DNA of 48,965 bases, counting the filler, from Stramenopiles sp. TOSAG23-2 (taxonomy: Eukaryota), in assembly GCA_900128395.1 (NCBI GenBank). It is 2 parts of 2 records of this genome, joined end to end, with 100 filler letters (N's around TTAATTAATTAA, not from the genome) between each part and the next. Parts side by side here need not be neighbours in the genome. Positions count along the whole stretch, not along the records: positions 24,534 to 48,965 come from LT649465.1; 1 more part is not named here. One strand, given 5' to 3'. The notes under the pieces are model-generated. The model made no database searches, had not been told where the DNA came from, and was given only the letters and a program-made list of their open reading frames with translations. This document shows, piece after piece, positions 32,872 to 44,198 of the stretch. The translations under genes and the position numbers were made by a program. Each line of letters starts with the position of its first letter. Within the stretch, counting starts at the first letter, position 1.

Positions 32872-34082
32872 CTGAGCAATAATTTCAATTTTGCTTCTTA
32901 TTGATTTATTTAAGTTTATGTATATATATAACTGGCAAAACAAAGTTTGTGTGCGTTGTTTCTATTATTAATAAATATGACAATATTATTTTACCAGGCT
33001 TATAACTGTTGTTGTTATTATATTATACCTAAGCCAGGTAAGTACTAATACCTGGTAAATAATAATAAAAATGAAATACAAGAATAATGATACCAGGTAT
33101 ACTATGATATATATTAAAATAGAATGCTGGAATGCCTGTGGAATGCACTCTATTAGACTAGTAATTATTATAGTACAATACACCTGATGGCCCCTGGCCT
33201 GGCCAACTAACTGGCCAGCTGCACAGCCTAAAAATATCAGATTTTTATGTAGGAGTTTTTATTAGGAGTTCTCTATAGGGAGCGTCGTGTGTTCCGAATA
33301 TAAAATACGTTTTTCGGTTTAAGATATCCTCAATACACTTTGGAGCGGCCGAAATCAATTCCAACAGTTTAATGCTGAGTGGTGTTAAAAAAGGGTTCGT
33401 TGGTATTAGACAGTCCGGTTTTTAACACGGCTGACTGGCTGATGGCTGATGATTACCGGGTAAAATTATGTGGTGATACTAGGTATTCCCTGCCCTGAAG
33501 GAAGTGTGTGGGTGTCAATAATGTATCTTGTGTTTCTATATGCTGTTTTTAATATTATAAGGATTTATTTATTTGTAACACTACAGTATAATATCTTATA
33601 GTTTATATAGTGTAAAAGTATCTATTAATGTAGTTAATCTATTTAATACTATGGATTTTACCATTTCATAAGCATATCGGCAATCTACTATGAGAACCTT
33701 AAATTGATTAAAATTTTATAAACTAAAAGTAATTACTTATGATATTTCAGGGCAGGGGTCTTATTAATTTCATTAATAAAGAATTTTAAATATTATTAAA
33801 TATATACATTATACATTATATAATATATAAAGAGTATAAGAAGGAAAAAGCATAATCATAACAATACATACGTAAATGACAACAACATCCTTACATTTAT
33901 TACAACAATACAAAAGTCACGTAAACAAAACGAAATAAAACCACCTAGACGAGATAAGTTTTGTCTGCTAATAATCAAAACACCAAGTAAAGCTACATCT
34001 AAGTAATTGTAAGAACGTATTTTATTTACTATTAATACTATAGTATTAACTATTAAAAGAAGAAATAATACAATATAATACA

Positions 34083-37000
34083 ATGCAGCCGCAACCAATG
34101 GTGCAACAACGGCAGATGGCGCAACAAATGGTGCAACAACAACAAATGGTGCAACAGCAACCAATGGTACAACAACAACCAATGGCACAACAACAACCAA
34201 TGGCACAACAACAACCAATTAAGAAGGAAGTAGAACTAGTACAGCAGCAACAAGAACAATTAAGTTCTTTGTATGAAAAAGAAATGACTGAAGAAGAACG
34301 CAAAAAGGCAGAGAAAGCAGCAAAAAAAGCAAAACTGAAAAAACACGTTGGAATGGCAATGGCATGTAAGAAAAGAATCACTAGATTAAGAATATATTAT
34401 GTAATAATGGCGTGGCTCAATGTTGCAGCGTTAGGTTCAATGTTTGCTTCGCTAGCTATTCTTGATGCACCTGTTGCATTTGATGAAGATCCTCTAATTG
34501 TACAAGCAACCTTTCAACCGAATGCTGATATACCTGCGAGTAATGCATTGTTTGAGGCACTTGCTGCAGCTTCAACTAACGAAAAATTGAAAGATACGTA
34601 CTACATCTACGCTTATCAGCAAGGAAAGTCGCAAGTACGAGTATGCACCGATCTGACAAGAGAAGAGTTTGAAGAAACGACTAAAGTAACTGAAGATGAA
34701 TATTTTCGATGGGATTGGATTCGTAGTAAAAGTTCAACATTTTTTAAGAATTGTTTAAATGCAACTACTTTAGCATATAATGGTGGTTGTACTGAAAGAA
34801 TCGCGTACCAAGATGGTCATAATTTTCATACACGAGGAGAAGGGCAAAAAGGTAGATGCGGCAAACCCGGCACTCAGACGAAATTATTCTCTCCACCAGT
34901 TGATGATATCCCAACGGATCTAAAGCCGGATGAACAGAATGGTCTTAATAACGGTTGGCTGTGGAATCACATGTTACGGTTCAAAGATCCAATACCATTT
35001 CATTCTGAAGTAAAAACTCAAAATTGTTCCTCCGATCTATGCACCACTGCTCAATGTGAAGATGGAAACTATTATAATCCAAGTGCAACATGTTTGGGGT
35101 GGTTTACTGCTGGTGAAGTTTCACATAGTTGTGAAGGACGAACGGATGAAACAAAGATACCAAAATATGCTAAAGACAAGGAAAATTACAGGGCAACCGT
35201 AGACAGACAAAGTAATCCACAAGTAAATGCAGATATAATAAAAGAATGTCAAGCTACGCGACCTAATCCCGATGCAAACTATGGGTATTGCTTATGTAAA
35301 GACCCCGGGGCAGCATCTGGAACAAAAAGACGAAAGTGGATGTGTAAGGTTGGTGTTGAATTTACATGCGAAGAAGCATGTAAATGTACAAGTGAAAGTG
35401 GAACTGGAAGTTCGAGTACGGACGACACGGACGACAGAGTATACTTCAATGGTGTTAAAATATATTGTGCAGCAGGGCAAAGTTGTAACAATTGGAATTG
35501 TAATGATTATAGGTGTAATAAGTGTAATAAGTGTTGTGGGGAAGAGCAGCAAGGAAAATGCGGAGATTATTCGAACATTCCAAATAATCAATGGATAAAT
35601 TTAGAAGACGGAGAAAAAGGGAGCGATTTTTTTCGTGTTGGATATCAAAATATACCAGGCAGTCAAATCCAGATTATAGTATCAAAACAACCCAATGGAG
35701 GAGGTCAAACGTGGACGTATACCCGTAGTTTCCAAGTATTGGAGAACAACGGACCTGGCTACGATGAAATACGCTCCTTTAAAGTAATATATAGCGAAGA
35801 CACTACAATAGAAGTGTTTTGTGGTAGTCAATGTTGGTGCTCTAGAGCACCAAATGTGCTTTCAGCCTGCTGGGGTGGCACGACCGATGTTGCTAAAGGA
35901 AAATGTGGTTCATACGAAAACCCTGAAGTAAACAAATGGATAAATTTAGATGGCGCTGGAGCTGGTGCTGGTGGCGTTGATTTCGTTAGAAATAATGGGC
36001 ATAAACAAAGAACTATTGAAGTTGCAAACCAACGCGATGGCGGTGGAGAAACGTGGACGTATTCGAGTAGTTTTTGCGCAACTGAAAAGGATATGAATGA
36101 AAAACACGGACCAGGTTTTGATCGTATAAAATCGTTTAGAATTCGTCCAGATGCTGGTAGTGTTGAACAATGTTCTTGCAACGATGTAAGTGAGATTAAG
36201 GATGATACTGGGTCAGATTATCCCGAGTTTATGAAGAATACAGAATTTGAGAATCCAGAATGTAAAGCAATATTTGCTCAATTTCACAAAGGAGTTTGCA
36301 AACCTGGGCATACGGTTCTGAGTTATGGTTTGGAAAATGAAACCATCATTACGTTTTTTGTCATGGGCACGGTCTTTCGTATATGCAGTGTAATTTTTTC
36401 GATCACCTGGGCTTTAGATGCAAAAAACCAAGATCAAAGAATTCTTTTTGCCTCATTAAACCCATGGGCAACTTTCATAGTTTGCTGTTACAAGATTAAA
36501 GACATTAATTTTGCAATGGAAAATGAATATTTACAAGGTTTCCCATGGTTGCTCGATTTTCTTGATACTGCATTTGTAGCTGGTGCATTAGCTGGTGTGG
36601 CATTTGGTGCAAATCCATTTCCAGGAATTCCAAGAGGAAAATGGGGTATGTTTTTCCTTTGGGTTAATGCATTTAGGGAACTTGGAAAACTCGCTATGGT
36701 GTTACGTACAACAAAAAAACAAGAAGCATGGAATGTTATAGGAGAGAAACGGCTTGTGCGTTTGCCATGGGCAATATTTTGTGATATTGGTCGCAAATGT
36801 TGCAAACGTTGCGTACCAAATTTTTGTGTTTCAGCAATACCATGGTGTTGTGTAAAACGAGAATTCATGATTATCATCGATAAACCTTCTTCTGATTTTG
36901 AAAAAGGTGATAAGTTAAAGCGAAAGGGTAAAAAAGGTAAATGGGAAACAGTAGGACGTCTTGAGGATCACGGTAGTGGTCATTCAGTTCATGTGGCGGA

Positions 37001-38498
37001 GCTTAAAGGCAAATTCAAAATAAATGACACGTTTAAAGTTACAAAAAAAACTATAAATAAAGACAACAAAAAAGAAGATACAAGTGGAAAGGACAGCAAA
37101 ACAGAAAAAAAGGATAAGAAAGAAGAAGAAGAACCAGAAGGTGTGGATTGCAAAATTTTAAGTATACCAGGAGACCCGGACGATAAAGGGTTTGATGGCA
37201 GGGGTCCCATTGTCATTGAAAAAGCCAATGTCAACGTGTCATTTGATGGCCAAATACAACACGCAGCGTTAAAAGAAGGCAGATTATTAACTGTGCAGGA
37301 AAGCAAAGCATTTATCAAGACCCAATTGAGAGGTTGCTTGTGGTTGGATCAAGTGCTTGATAAAGGAAAGCTTGATAAAGGGACAATGGTACCTAAAGGC
37401 AAATATTTTGCTGCATACAAAAACACTAATATTGGCGTAGCGAAAGCATGGGTTAGCGCGCGGACAGGTAAAAAGGGTGAATCCGGGAAGACATATACGG
37501 AAACCGAAGGTAAATATCCAGACTGGGGTGATAAAAAAATCACATCTTATGGTTTTACATATGGTCCTGGAACTAATTTGATAGTGTATCGTTTGTATAA
37601 ACGTGGCTTGCCACAAGGAAACGGTTATTTTAATACGGTAACGGTGAATGTACAAATAACGGCACCACATAATAAAAAGAAGGGCAGAACTATGACTATG
37701 GAAGTGCCATTACCTGATGGTAGCGGAAAGACAGAAAAAGTGACAGTACCAAAGAATGTTGCCGCTAATCAACAATTTATTGCATCTGTTCAAGTTCCAA
37801 TAAAGCAAAACTCACAACAGCAAATCTTGCAGCAACAGCAGCAATCAATACAACAACAGCAATCTGCACCAATGCAGCAACAACAGTCGGTGGTGCAGCA
37901 GCAGCAACCTGCACCAATGCAGCAGCAACAGCCGGTGGTGCAGCAGCAACAACCGATGATGCAACAACAACAGCCGATGCAACAACCAATGCAACAACCA
38001 ATGCAACAGCAGTCAATGCAGCTGCAACAGCCGATACAGCAGCCGGTGATGCAACAGCAACAAGTGCAACGCAGCTCTTCATACGTTGTGCAGCAGCCAC
38101 AGCAACAGATGAACGTTCAGCAACAGCAGGTCCAGCAGCAGCAAATGCAACAGCAGCAACAGCGAATGATCCAGCAACAGCAAATGCAACAGCAGCAACA
38201 GCAGCAACAGCAAATGCAACAACAGCAACAGCAGCAACAGCAAATGATCCAGCAACAGCAAATACAAATGCAACAACAGCAGCAACAGCAAATGCAACAA
38301 CAGCAGGTACAACGCCAGCCAAGTGCACAGCGATACGCAGTACAACAACAACCACAACCAGTAGTAATGAATATTACTATTCCACAGGGAGTAGTAGCAG
38401 GGCAAGTTTTGCAGGTTCAAACCCCAGATGGAAGAACTGTTCAAATTCCAGTACCTGCTGGAGCCCAACCTGGGATGGTATTTCAAGTTAGAGTTTAA
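34083..38498 (+). CDS. Large membrane protein with polyQ termini, Cys-rich ectodomain and multi-TM block
   Basis: 1471-aa ORF; TM near aa 103-125; Cys-rich region with an internal duplication; several TMs around aa 755-870; C-terminal IPQGVVAGQVLQVQTPDGRTVQIPVPAGAQPG module. Confidence 0.85.
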   Translation: MQPQPMVQQRQMAQQMVQQQQMVQQQPMVQQQPMAQQQPMAQQQPIKKEVELVQQQQEQLSSLYEKEMTEEERKKAEKAAKKAKLKKHVGMAMACKKRITRLRIYYVIMAWLNVAALGSMFASLAILDAPVAFDEDPLIVQATFQPNADIPASNALFEALAAASTNEKLKDTYYIYAYQQGKSQVRVCTDLTREEFEETTKVTEDEYFRWDWIRSKSSTFFKNCLNATTLAYNGGCTERIAYQDGHNFHTRGEGQKGRCGKPGTQTKLFSPPVDDIPTDLKPDEQNGLNNGWLWNHMLRFKDPIPFHSEVKTQNCSSDLCTTAQCEDGNYYNPSATCLGWFTAGEVSHSCEGRTDETKIPKYAKDKENYRATVDRQSNPQVNADIIKECQATRPNPDANYGYCLCKDPGAASGTKRRKWMCKVGVEFTCEEACKCTSESGTGSSSTDDTDDRVYFNGVKIYCAAGQSCNNWNCNDYRCNKCNKCCGEEQQGKCGDYSNIPNNQWINLEDGEKGSDFFRVGYQNIPGSQIQIIVSKQPNGGGQTWTYTRSFQVLENNGPGYDEIRSFKVIYSEDTTIEVFCGSQCWCSRAPNVLSACWGGTTDVAKGKCGSYENPEVNKWINLDGAGAGAGGVDFVRNNGHKQRTIEVANQRDGGGETWTYSSSFCATEKDMNEKHGPGFDRIKSFRIRPDAGSVEQCSCNDVSEIKDDTGSDYPEFMKNTEFENPECKAIFAQFHKGVCKPGHTVLSYGLENETIITFFVMGTVFRICSVIFSITWALDAKNQDQRILFASLNPWATFIVCCYKIKDINFAMENEYLQGFPWLLDFLDTAFVAGALAGVAFGANPFPGIPRGKWGMFFLWVNAFRELGKLAMVLRTTKKQEAWNVIGEKRLVRLPWAIFCDIGRKCCKRCVPNFCVSAIPWCCVKREFMIIIDKPSSDFEKGDKLKRKGKKGKWETVGRLEDHGSGHSVHVAELKGKFKINDTFKVTKKTINKDNKKEDTSGKDSKTEKKDKKEEEEPEGVDCKILSIPGDPDDKGFDGRGPIVIEKANVNVSFDGQIQHAALKEGRLLTVQESKAFIKTQLRGCLWLDQVLDKGKLDKGTMVPKGKYFAAYKNTNIGVAKAWVSARTGKKGESGKTYTETEGKYPDWGDKKITSYGFTYGPGTNLIVYRLYKRGLPQGNGYFNTVTVNVQITAPHNKKKGRTMTMEVPLPDGSGKTEKVTVPKNVAANQQFIASVQVPIKQNSQQQILQQQQQSIQQQQSAPMQQQQSVVQQQQPAPMQQQQPVVQQQQPMMQQQQPMQQPMQQPMQQQSMQLQQPIQQPVMQQQQVQRSSSYVVQQPQQQMNVQQQQVQQQQMQQQQQRMIQQQQMQQQQQQQQQMQQQQQQQQQMIQQQQIQMQQQQQQQMQQQQVQRQPSAQRYAVQQQPQPVVMNITIPQGVVAGQVLQVQTPDGRTVQIPVPAGAQPGMVFQVRV
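37813..38360 (+). repeat. CAA/CAG polyglutamine-coding low-complexity tract
   Basis: Directly visible mixed CAA/CAG repeats; a shorter tract lies at 34083-34217. Confidence 0.95.
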
Positions 38499-38940
38499 TT
38501 ATGCTACACGAAACCGTAAAAAATATACTATATCGAAGTTCCAAATATTTCGTACAGTACGGCTAAGCAACTTAACATGTAAATTATGATCATTTTTATT
38601 TTTAAAATACGAATCCTAAAATCCTTAAATATTGTATTCAATAAGTATAGATTAAAGTATACACTATTTATTAATATTCTAATTATAGCTCTATATCTAA
38701 TTTACATTTTTTTTTTTGAATTTGCAAGCTCGAATGCATCAGCATCATGTGCTCATCATCACACACAACATACCACACCTGTATATTGTTGGTTTAATAA
38801 TAATTAATATATCTATATCTAATTCCACTAATATAGTTGTGAATTAATAGAGTAGTCTAAAATAACATAATCATAGTTTGAATTGCAAGAGTAGAATATA
38901 ACACGATCCTAAAATAATATATATATATAGTATCTTACCG

Positions 38941-41523
38941 ATGTCTGCAATAACGCGTTCAACTTCCTCGGAAGATGAATTGCAAATGGCATTGAATACG
39001 AATAATGTAAATAAAAATAAATTATTACATGGATATGAAGTACTAAGGATATTAGGGAAAGGTAATTATGGCAGTGTAGTGCTAGCGTCAAGACCACCGG
39101 GTGCAGTACAAAATGTCAATGGTGGTGAAGGAGACCATGGGAATGAAGATGGCGAAGAATATTTTAATAAAAATTTATGTGTAATTAAATCTGTGAAACA
39201 TACACGGAAAAGAGATGGAGCAAATGTTGACGCAATTAAAGAAGTCTACGTATTGAAAGATTTAAAACATCCGTGTATTGTAGAATATATTGATAGTTTT
39301 TTTAACGAAAGTGAGACCAGATTGTTTATAGCAATGGCATATTGTGATTCTGGCAATTTATCTGATCGCATTAAAAATTCTATTGAAAAACAACAATGGA
39401 TCCCAGAAAAGCAAATAGTTGCATGGTTTGCACAATTATCATTAGCCTTAGCATTTATTCACGAGAAAAAGCCAAGTATATTACATCGTGATATTAAACC
39501 AGAAAATATTTTTTTAACATATGGTGGAACATGTGTTAAGTTAGGCGATTTTGGATTTACTAGAACATTGGCAAACACAATGGAGCTAGCATTAACTCGT
39601 TGTGGTACACCGTATTATTTGTCACCAGAGCATTGCATGAATAAAGCATATAATGCAAAAGCAGATGTTTGGGCAGCTGGTATTGTATTGTATGAATTAT
39701 TAACACTTCAAGTACCATTTAAAGGGAAAACTATTTTGGAGTTAAGAAATAATATATTAAGAGCACCATTGAAACGACCAGCAGCGCATTACAGCAAGGA
39801 TATATGTAGTTTATTATTGCAAATGTTAGCAAGGGAACCTGAAAAAAGGCCGAAAATGCGAGATGTAGTGCGCCGGCCGATCCTTCAAACATTTTTGAGA
39901 TCATTTTTAGCCAAATATGGATATAATAATAACAATAATTTAATGAGCAATGGTAATAATAATAATAATAATAATAATAGTAATAATAATAATAATTACA
40001 ACGGCAACAACAGTAACAACAATTGTAACAACAACATAAAAAAACAAATAGCAATACCAGAAAAAGGCCCATTTCAACCACAAAGGCCGCCAAAAGGACC
40101 ATCTCCAACTAAACCAAAACGTTCCATATCATTACAAGCTGCAAAAACAAATGACACAAGAGATGCTACTAATATGTTCATACAACAATTGGAAAAGGAA
40201 CGAATGTCAATTTTATCAAAAATGAATAATGATCGAAATAAATTAATTTCTATAAGACAAAAGCGCCCAAGAGAAAAGCGTGGAAGCAGCCGTTTAAGAC
40301 GCGAGGCGTCAGAGCCAATTCCATCATCTTCAACACAAACCCAATCCACCAATAATGCCATACGGAACCGTACATTTGTGAAGCCACGTGGTTCACCACC
40401 ACGAAAAACGGGAAAAGCAAATATTAACCATTTGAAATTGACACCAGAAAAAAAATTAAGTGCTTTAAGTACAAATGAACAATTCAACAATCAATCCTTT
40501 GTATCCAATCCATCTCCACAAATGAAACGTATGCGTTCCGAATCCCCTGCCATGACAGGTAAAGTGCGTTTTAATTATAATGTCAATGATAATGAGAATG
40601 AACTTGTCAATTCTCTTAATTTTTTAAGAAATGAATTGGCAGAAAAAGAATTGAAGTTACATGATGCAAGACAAAGTCAACATTATGATCAAAATATGCG
40701 TAGTATGCAAAATTTATTTCGATCATCATTAGTCCTTGATATTGATGAAGACATTGATAATAATAACAATAACAATATTGGTAACAACAACAAATATAAT
40801 GAGTTAAACAACAACAATAACAATAACGATCAAAATTATTTCAACAATAGTTATGCAACAGCAGCGTCAATTCAAATAAATTCAAAATCACGTAAATCTA
40901 GCTCAAGCAATGATTATTCCGACGATTTTGAACACGATGATGGTAATTTTGATGATGACAACGTATATCAAATTAAAAGTAAAAATATTGGGAATACATT
41001 AAGTGATCTTGAGATGGATAGTGATGATGATGATGAAAGTAGTCTGCGAAATCAAGTATCGGAGCTAGGAAAATCTGTTTTTCAAATGACTGTTGATGAT
41101 GATAATTATGGTGATAATGATGACGAGGATAACAATATTCAATCATCTGGCAAGTTTTTAATGAGTGGCAATTCGACATTAATTCATCAAGGTGCCAATC
41201 CAGATAATGTGCTAGATACAAGTGTTGATCGTGATTTATTTCATAGCTTATCTTCTGATCATTTAGATGATGGTGATGGTAATGACATGTTCTTTGATGA
41301 AGGCAAAATGAATGATATGGATGAAGATAGTTATAGAAACGATAATAATAGGATGAACAGTAACAACAATAATACTATGCAATCATCTCTTGCTAATTTA
41401 AAAAATAAACATGGTAATAGAAGGAAAAAATTGCCACCACCATCACCAAAAGCACGTGGAAATGGTATCAATGCATTAAGGCGATTAAAACAGCGTGAAA
41501 ATAATCGTTATGGTAAGAAGTAA
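38941..41523 (+). CDS. NIMA-related (NEK) Ser/Thr protein kinase with Asn-rich disordered tail
   Basis: LGKGNYG, VIK, HPCIVEY, IAMAYCDSGNL, ILHRDIKPENIFL, KLGDFG, CGTPYYLSPE, KAYNAKADVW. Confidence 0.93.
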   Translation: MSAITRSTSSEDELQMALNTNNVNKNKLLHGYEVLRILGKGNYGSVVLASRPPGAVQNVNGGEGDHGNEDGEEYFNKNLCVIKSVKHTRKRDGANVDAIKEVYVLKDLKHPCIVEYIDSFFNESETRLFIAMAYCDSGNLSDRIKNSIEKQQWIPEKQIVAWFAQLSLALAFIHEKKPSILHRDIKPENIFLTYGGTCVKLGDFGFTRTLANTMELALTRCGTPYYLSPEHCMNKAYNAKADVWAAGIVLYELLTLQVPFKGKTILELRNNILRAPLKRPAAHYSKDICSLLLQMLAREPEKRPKMRDVVRRPILQTFLRSFLAKYGYNNNNNLMSNGNNNNNNNNSNNNNNYNGNNSNNNCNNNIKKQIAIPEKGPFQPQRPPKGPSPTKPKRSISLQAAKTNDTRDATNMFIQQLEKERMSILSKMNNDRNKLISIRQKRPREKRGSSRLRREASEPIPSSSTQTQSTNNAIRNRTFVKPRGSPPRKTGKANINHLKLTPEKKLSALSTNEQFNNQSFVSNPSPQMKRMRSESPAMTGKVRFNYNVNDNENELVNSLNFLRNELAEKELKLHDARQSQHYDQNMRSMQNLFRSSLVLDIDEDIDNNNNNNIGNNNKYNELNNNNNNNDQNYFNNSYATAASIQINSKSRKSSSSNDYSDDFEHDDGNFDDDNVYQIKSKNIGNTLSDLEMDSDDDDESSLRNQVSELGKSVFQMTVDDDNYGDNDDEDNNIQSSGKFLMSGNSTLIHQGANPDNVLDTSVDRDLFHSLSSDHLDDGDGNDMFFDEGKMNDMDEDSYRNDNNRMNSNNNNTMQSSLANLKNKHGNRRKKLPPPSPKARGNGINALRRLKQRENNRYGKK

Positions 41524-42230
41524 AAAGTATTTTTGTTTTTTTTTATTTTATATATAATTTTTATAAAAAAAAATACGAATTCGTAAAAATTAAAAAATAC
41601 GCTCGTATGTAACGGTGCTACGAAGTTAATAATTAATCTCTCTTATATATCATATTTTACGACGAAGTGTATCATATATATTATATTATACAGAGTAATA
41701 TATATAGCACTATACGATAATTCGAATAATATGGTACGTAAAAATTATTTTTAGCAAATCTGGAAAAATTCTTCGTAATTGATGGAGGCCGCTTCCCTCC
41801 ATGTTGGTTTCATAAATGTGCAAATAAATTTCATTAAAAAGAAAGTGCAAAACCATAAATCTAATAGGTATTTGTAGTAATTAGACTAATACATCACGGA
41901 AACTATTTTTAACTCATGCCTCAAAACCATCACATCATGGTGCCTCTTTTTTTTTTGTTCTTCCACTTTTTGTTAATGATAATCATATGCTAATGTGCCA
42001 ATTATCTTTATTAAAAATCGTTTAATTTACACTCTCTTAATACAGTCCATATCACAAACATATATCATATTAGTACGAACAGATATTATATACATCCATT
42101 GTATTGTACAGGGAGTTTGATATACTTTATTCAAATCTAAATCGTATATATATCATCAACTGTACCATGTTTTTTACCGAGGAATAATCAATGCTAATAT
42201 AGCAGTATTGTGCTATTTACTCAGGAAACC

Positions 42231-42624
42231 TTAACGAGCAAATCCACTACGCTCCTCAGTATTATCAGCTATTCGATAAATAATAATGTTCAAAATAAGG
42301 TGATTGATAATGACACAAAATAATTTTATAATTGAAGAACACGTGTTTTATTGAAAAACATATAATTATTGAAATAATTATGTGTGTAAATGTTGTTTGT
42401 GCTTTTGTCATTAATACAAAAGAGGGCATACGTTGTCTCGCAGTTGTACTTAACTTGGCCGTTTTGGCTAATCTGGATTTACTCGGTCCTGGTTTTCGTG
42501 GGGAACTTTTAAACGCATTGTGTGGCGCAGGCAATTTTGGTGGTGGCGGTTGACGTCTATCACCAGTTGGTGTACATCGCATCATACGAAAGTTAACATC
42601 ATTATCACGTTGCACAAAGGACAT
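42231..42624 (-). CDS. Small basic Pro-rich protein, predicted two exons (42624-42432, 42268-42231), 76 aa
   Basis: Coding-like exon 1 ends at a GTATGC donor, followed by an AT-rich 163-bp stretch and a TAG acceptor. The phase-1 join gives ...ARQPDNTEERSGFAR-stop. Confidence 0.5.
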
Positions 42625-43567
42625 ATTGTTATTTTATATAGTAATATTTTTTTAATTTTTTTTTCAACTATGATAGTCCTTTCGTTGTTTTTGTTGTTGT
42701 TATATATATATATATATATAGACTTAAATATGATTCTATTATTGTTATATACACGAATGAATGTCTCTCACTTTGTCTATATATATATTTATATATGTTT
42801 GCATGTGTTTGTTATATCATGTTTCTATCCTTTTGTTTTAACTATATAGTATGTATAATAGTTAAATGTGTTCGGGCATATCGTTTGCAAGTTTATTTTT
42901 ATTCATTTTCATCATTTTTGCAATATTGGATAGGGTAATACTAAATATTAAGTATAAAATATTGGTAAAGTAATGAACGGTGATATTATTAGATCACAGG
43001 CGGTTTTATAATTAATCATTGCAGCGTTAGCATAAACATAGCATTACAACCCGATTTTTAGATACCAAATTGAACATTTAGAGAGGGATAGGAATAATAA
43101 TATCCGATAATTAGTAATTTGCAATGTATTTAATAATCTTACTTTGATAATTATTTTTAGATGATGAAAATTCCTGAAATGTTATTGATTTTTTTTAAGG
43201 CTAGCTAAGGCTAGCGAGGGGATAGCTTTGCGAATGACACATATATAGGCATAAAATAATTCGATTTTAAGTCACAATAATTGTATACTCATTTTTTACC
43301 AGGAGGATAAAGGATACAATTATAAGATCGTCCAGGGATTTTTTCAGTTTAAAAAATTACAATCTGTTGGGTTGGTTGGGCTTTGGCCGGGGGCGCTATT
43401 TATACTTGTATGCAAATAGTATACAGGTATAATACTCCTAGCACAATAAAAAAAAAATCTACTATAAAATGCGAATAATATTATAAAAAATAATAATAAT
43501 GTTACTAATAACCCAATTTTAGTTGAAATAAATTAGAGTATGGTGATAGAAGGTTGTGTTTTTACAT

Positions 43568-43598
<31 letters not shown>

Positions 43599-43620
43599 TA
43601 CACGTAATTATTTCACAACC

Positions 43621-44198
43621 ATGCGCCGATCATTATTAAATCGAAGTACAAGCTACAGTGATAGTAGTAGTAGTAGTAGTAATAGTAGTAGTGATAGCAG
43701 CAGCAGCGCTTCAAGTTATGAAAGAAGTGATGAAGATGAAAGGTCCAGTGAGGAGGAGGAGCAGGATGAAACAAGACGAAGAAGAATGCGTTTAAGACGT
43801 CGTATTAGAAGTCATCGAGCTTCTGCACCAACACGGACTGCTAGTGAGGAGGCCCGGGAACGACGGACTAGGATAAGGTTGGCTAGGAGAAGAAATACGT
43901 CACGTGAAAATAATACAGAACGTCCACAAAGACGACAAAGTACTCGTACACAAAATATTCTTGCAAGAGTGAGGAGAAGAAGAGAATCAAGAATTAGTCC
44001 TTCAGAAGTTAACCAAATAATGGAACGACAACAACAAAGCAACAACAGCAATAATAGTGATAATAATGATGATGATGATGATAATAATAATAATAGGGAT
44101 GATGAAAGCAGTAGCGACAGCTACACCAGTTCCAGTAGTGATATCTTCGATGATACCGACCGCGAGGATGACGGAGATGTCCCACCACCACGGAGAAT
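43621..44198 (+). CDS. 5' part (Ser/Arg-rich) of the PH-domain gene, present here as an inverted copy cut at a junction
   Basis: MRRSLLNRSTS...DDTDREDDGDVPPPRR. 44144-44198 is the exact reverse complement of 48911-48965, where the frame continues into the PH ORF. Confidence 0.75.

Noticed and set aside
33856-38486. Antisense ORFs rich in Val/Ala/Leu/Cys
   Set aside because: Shadows of the CAA/CAG polyQ tracts.
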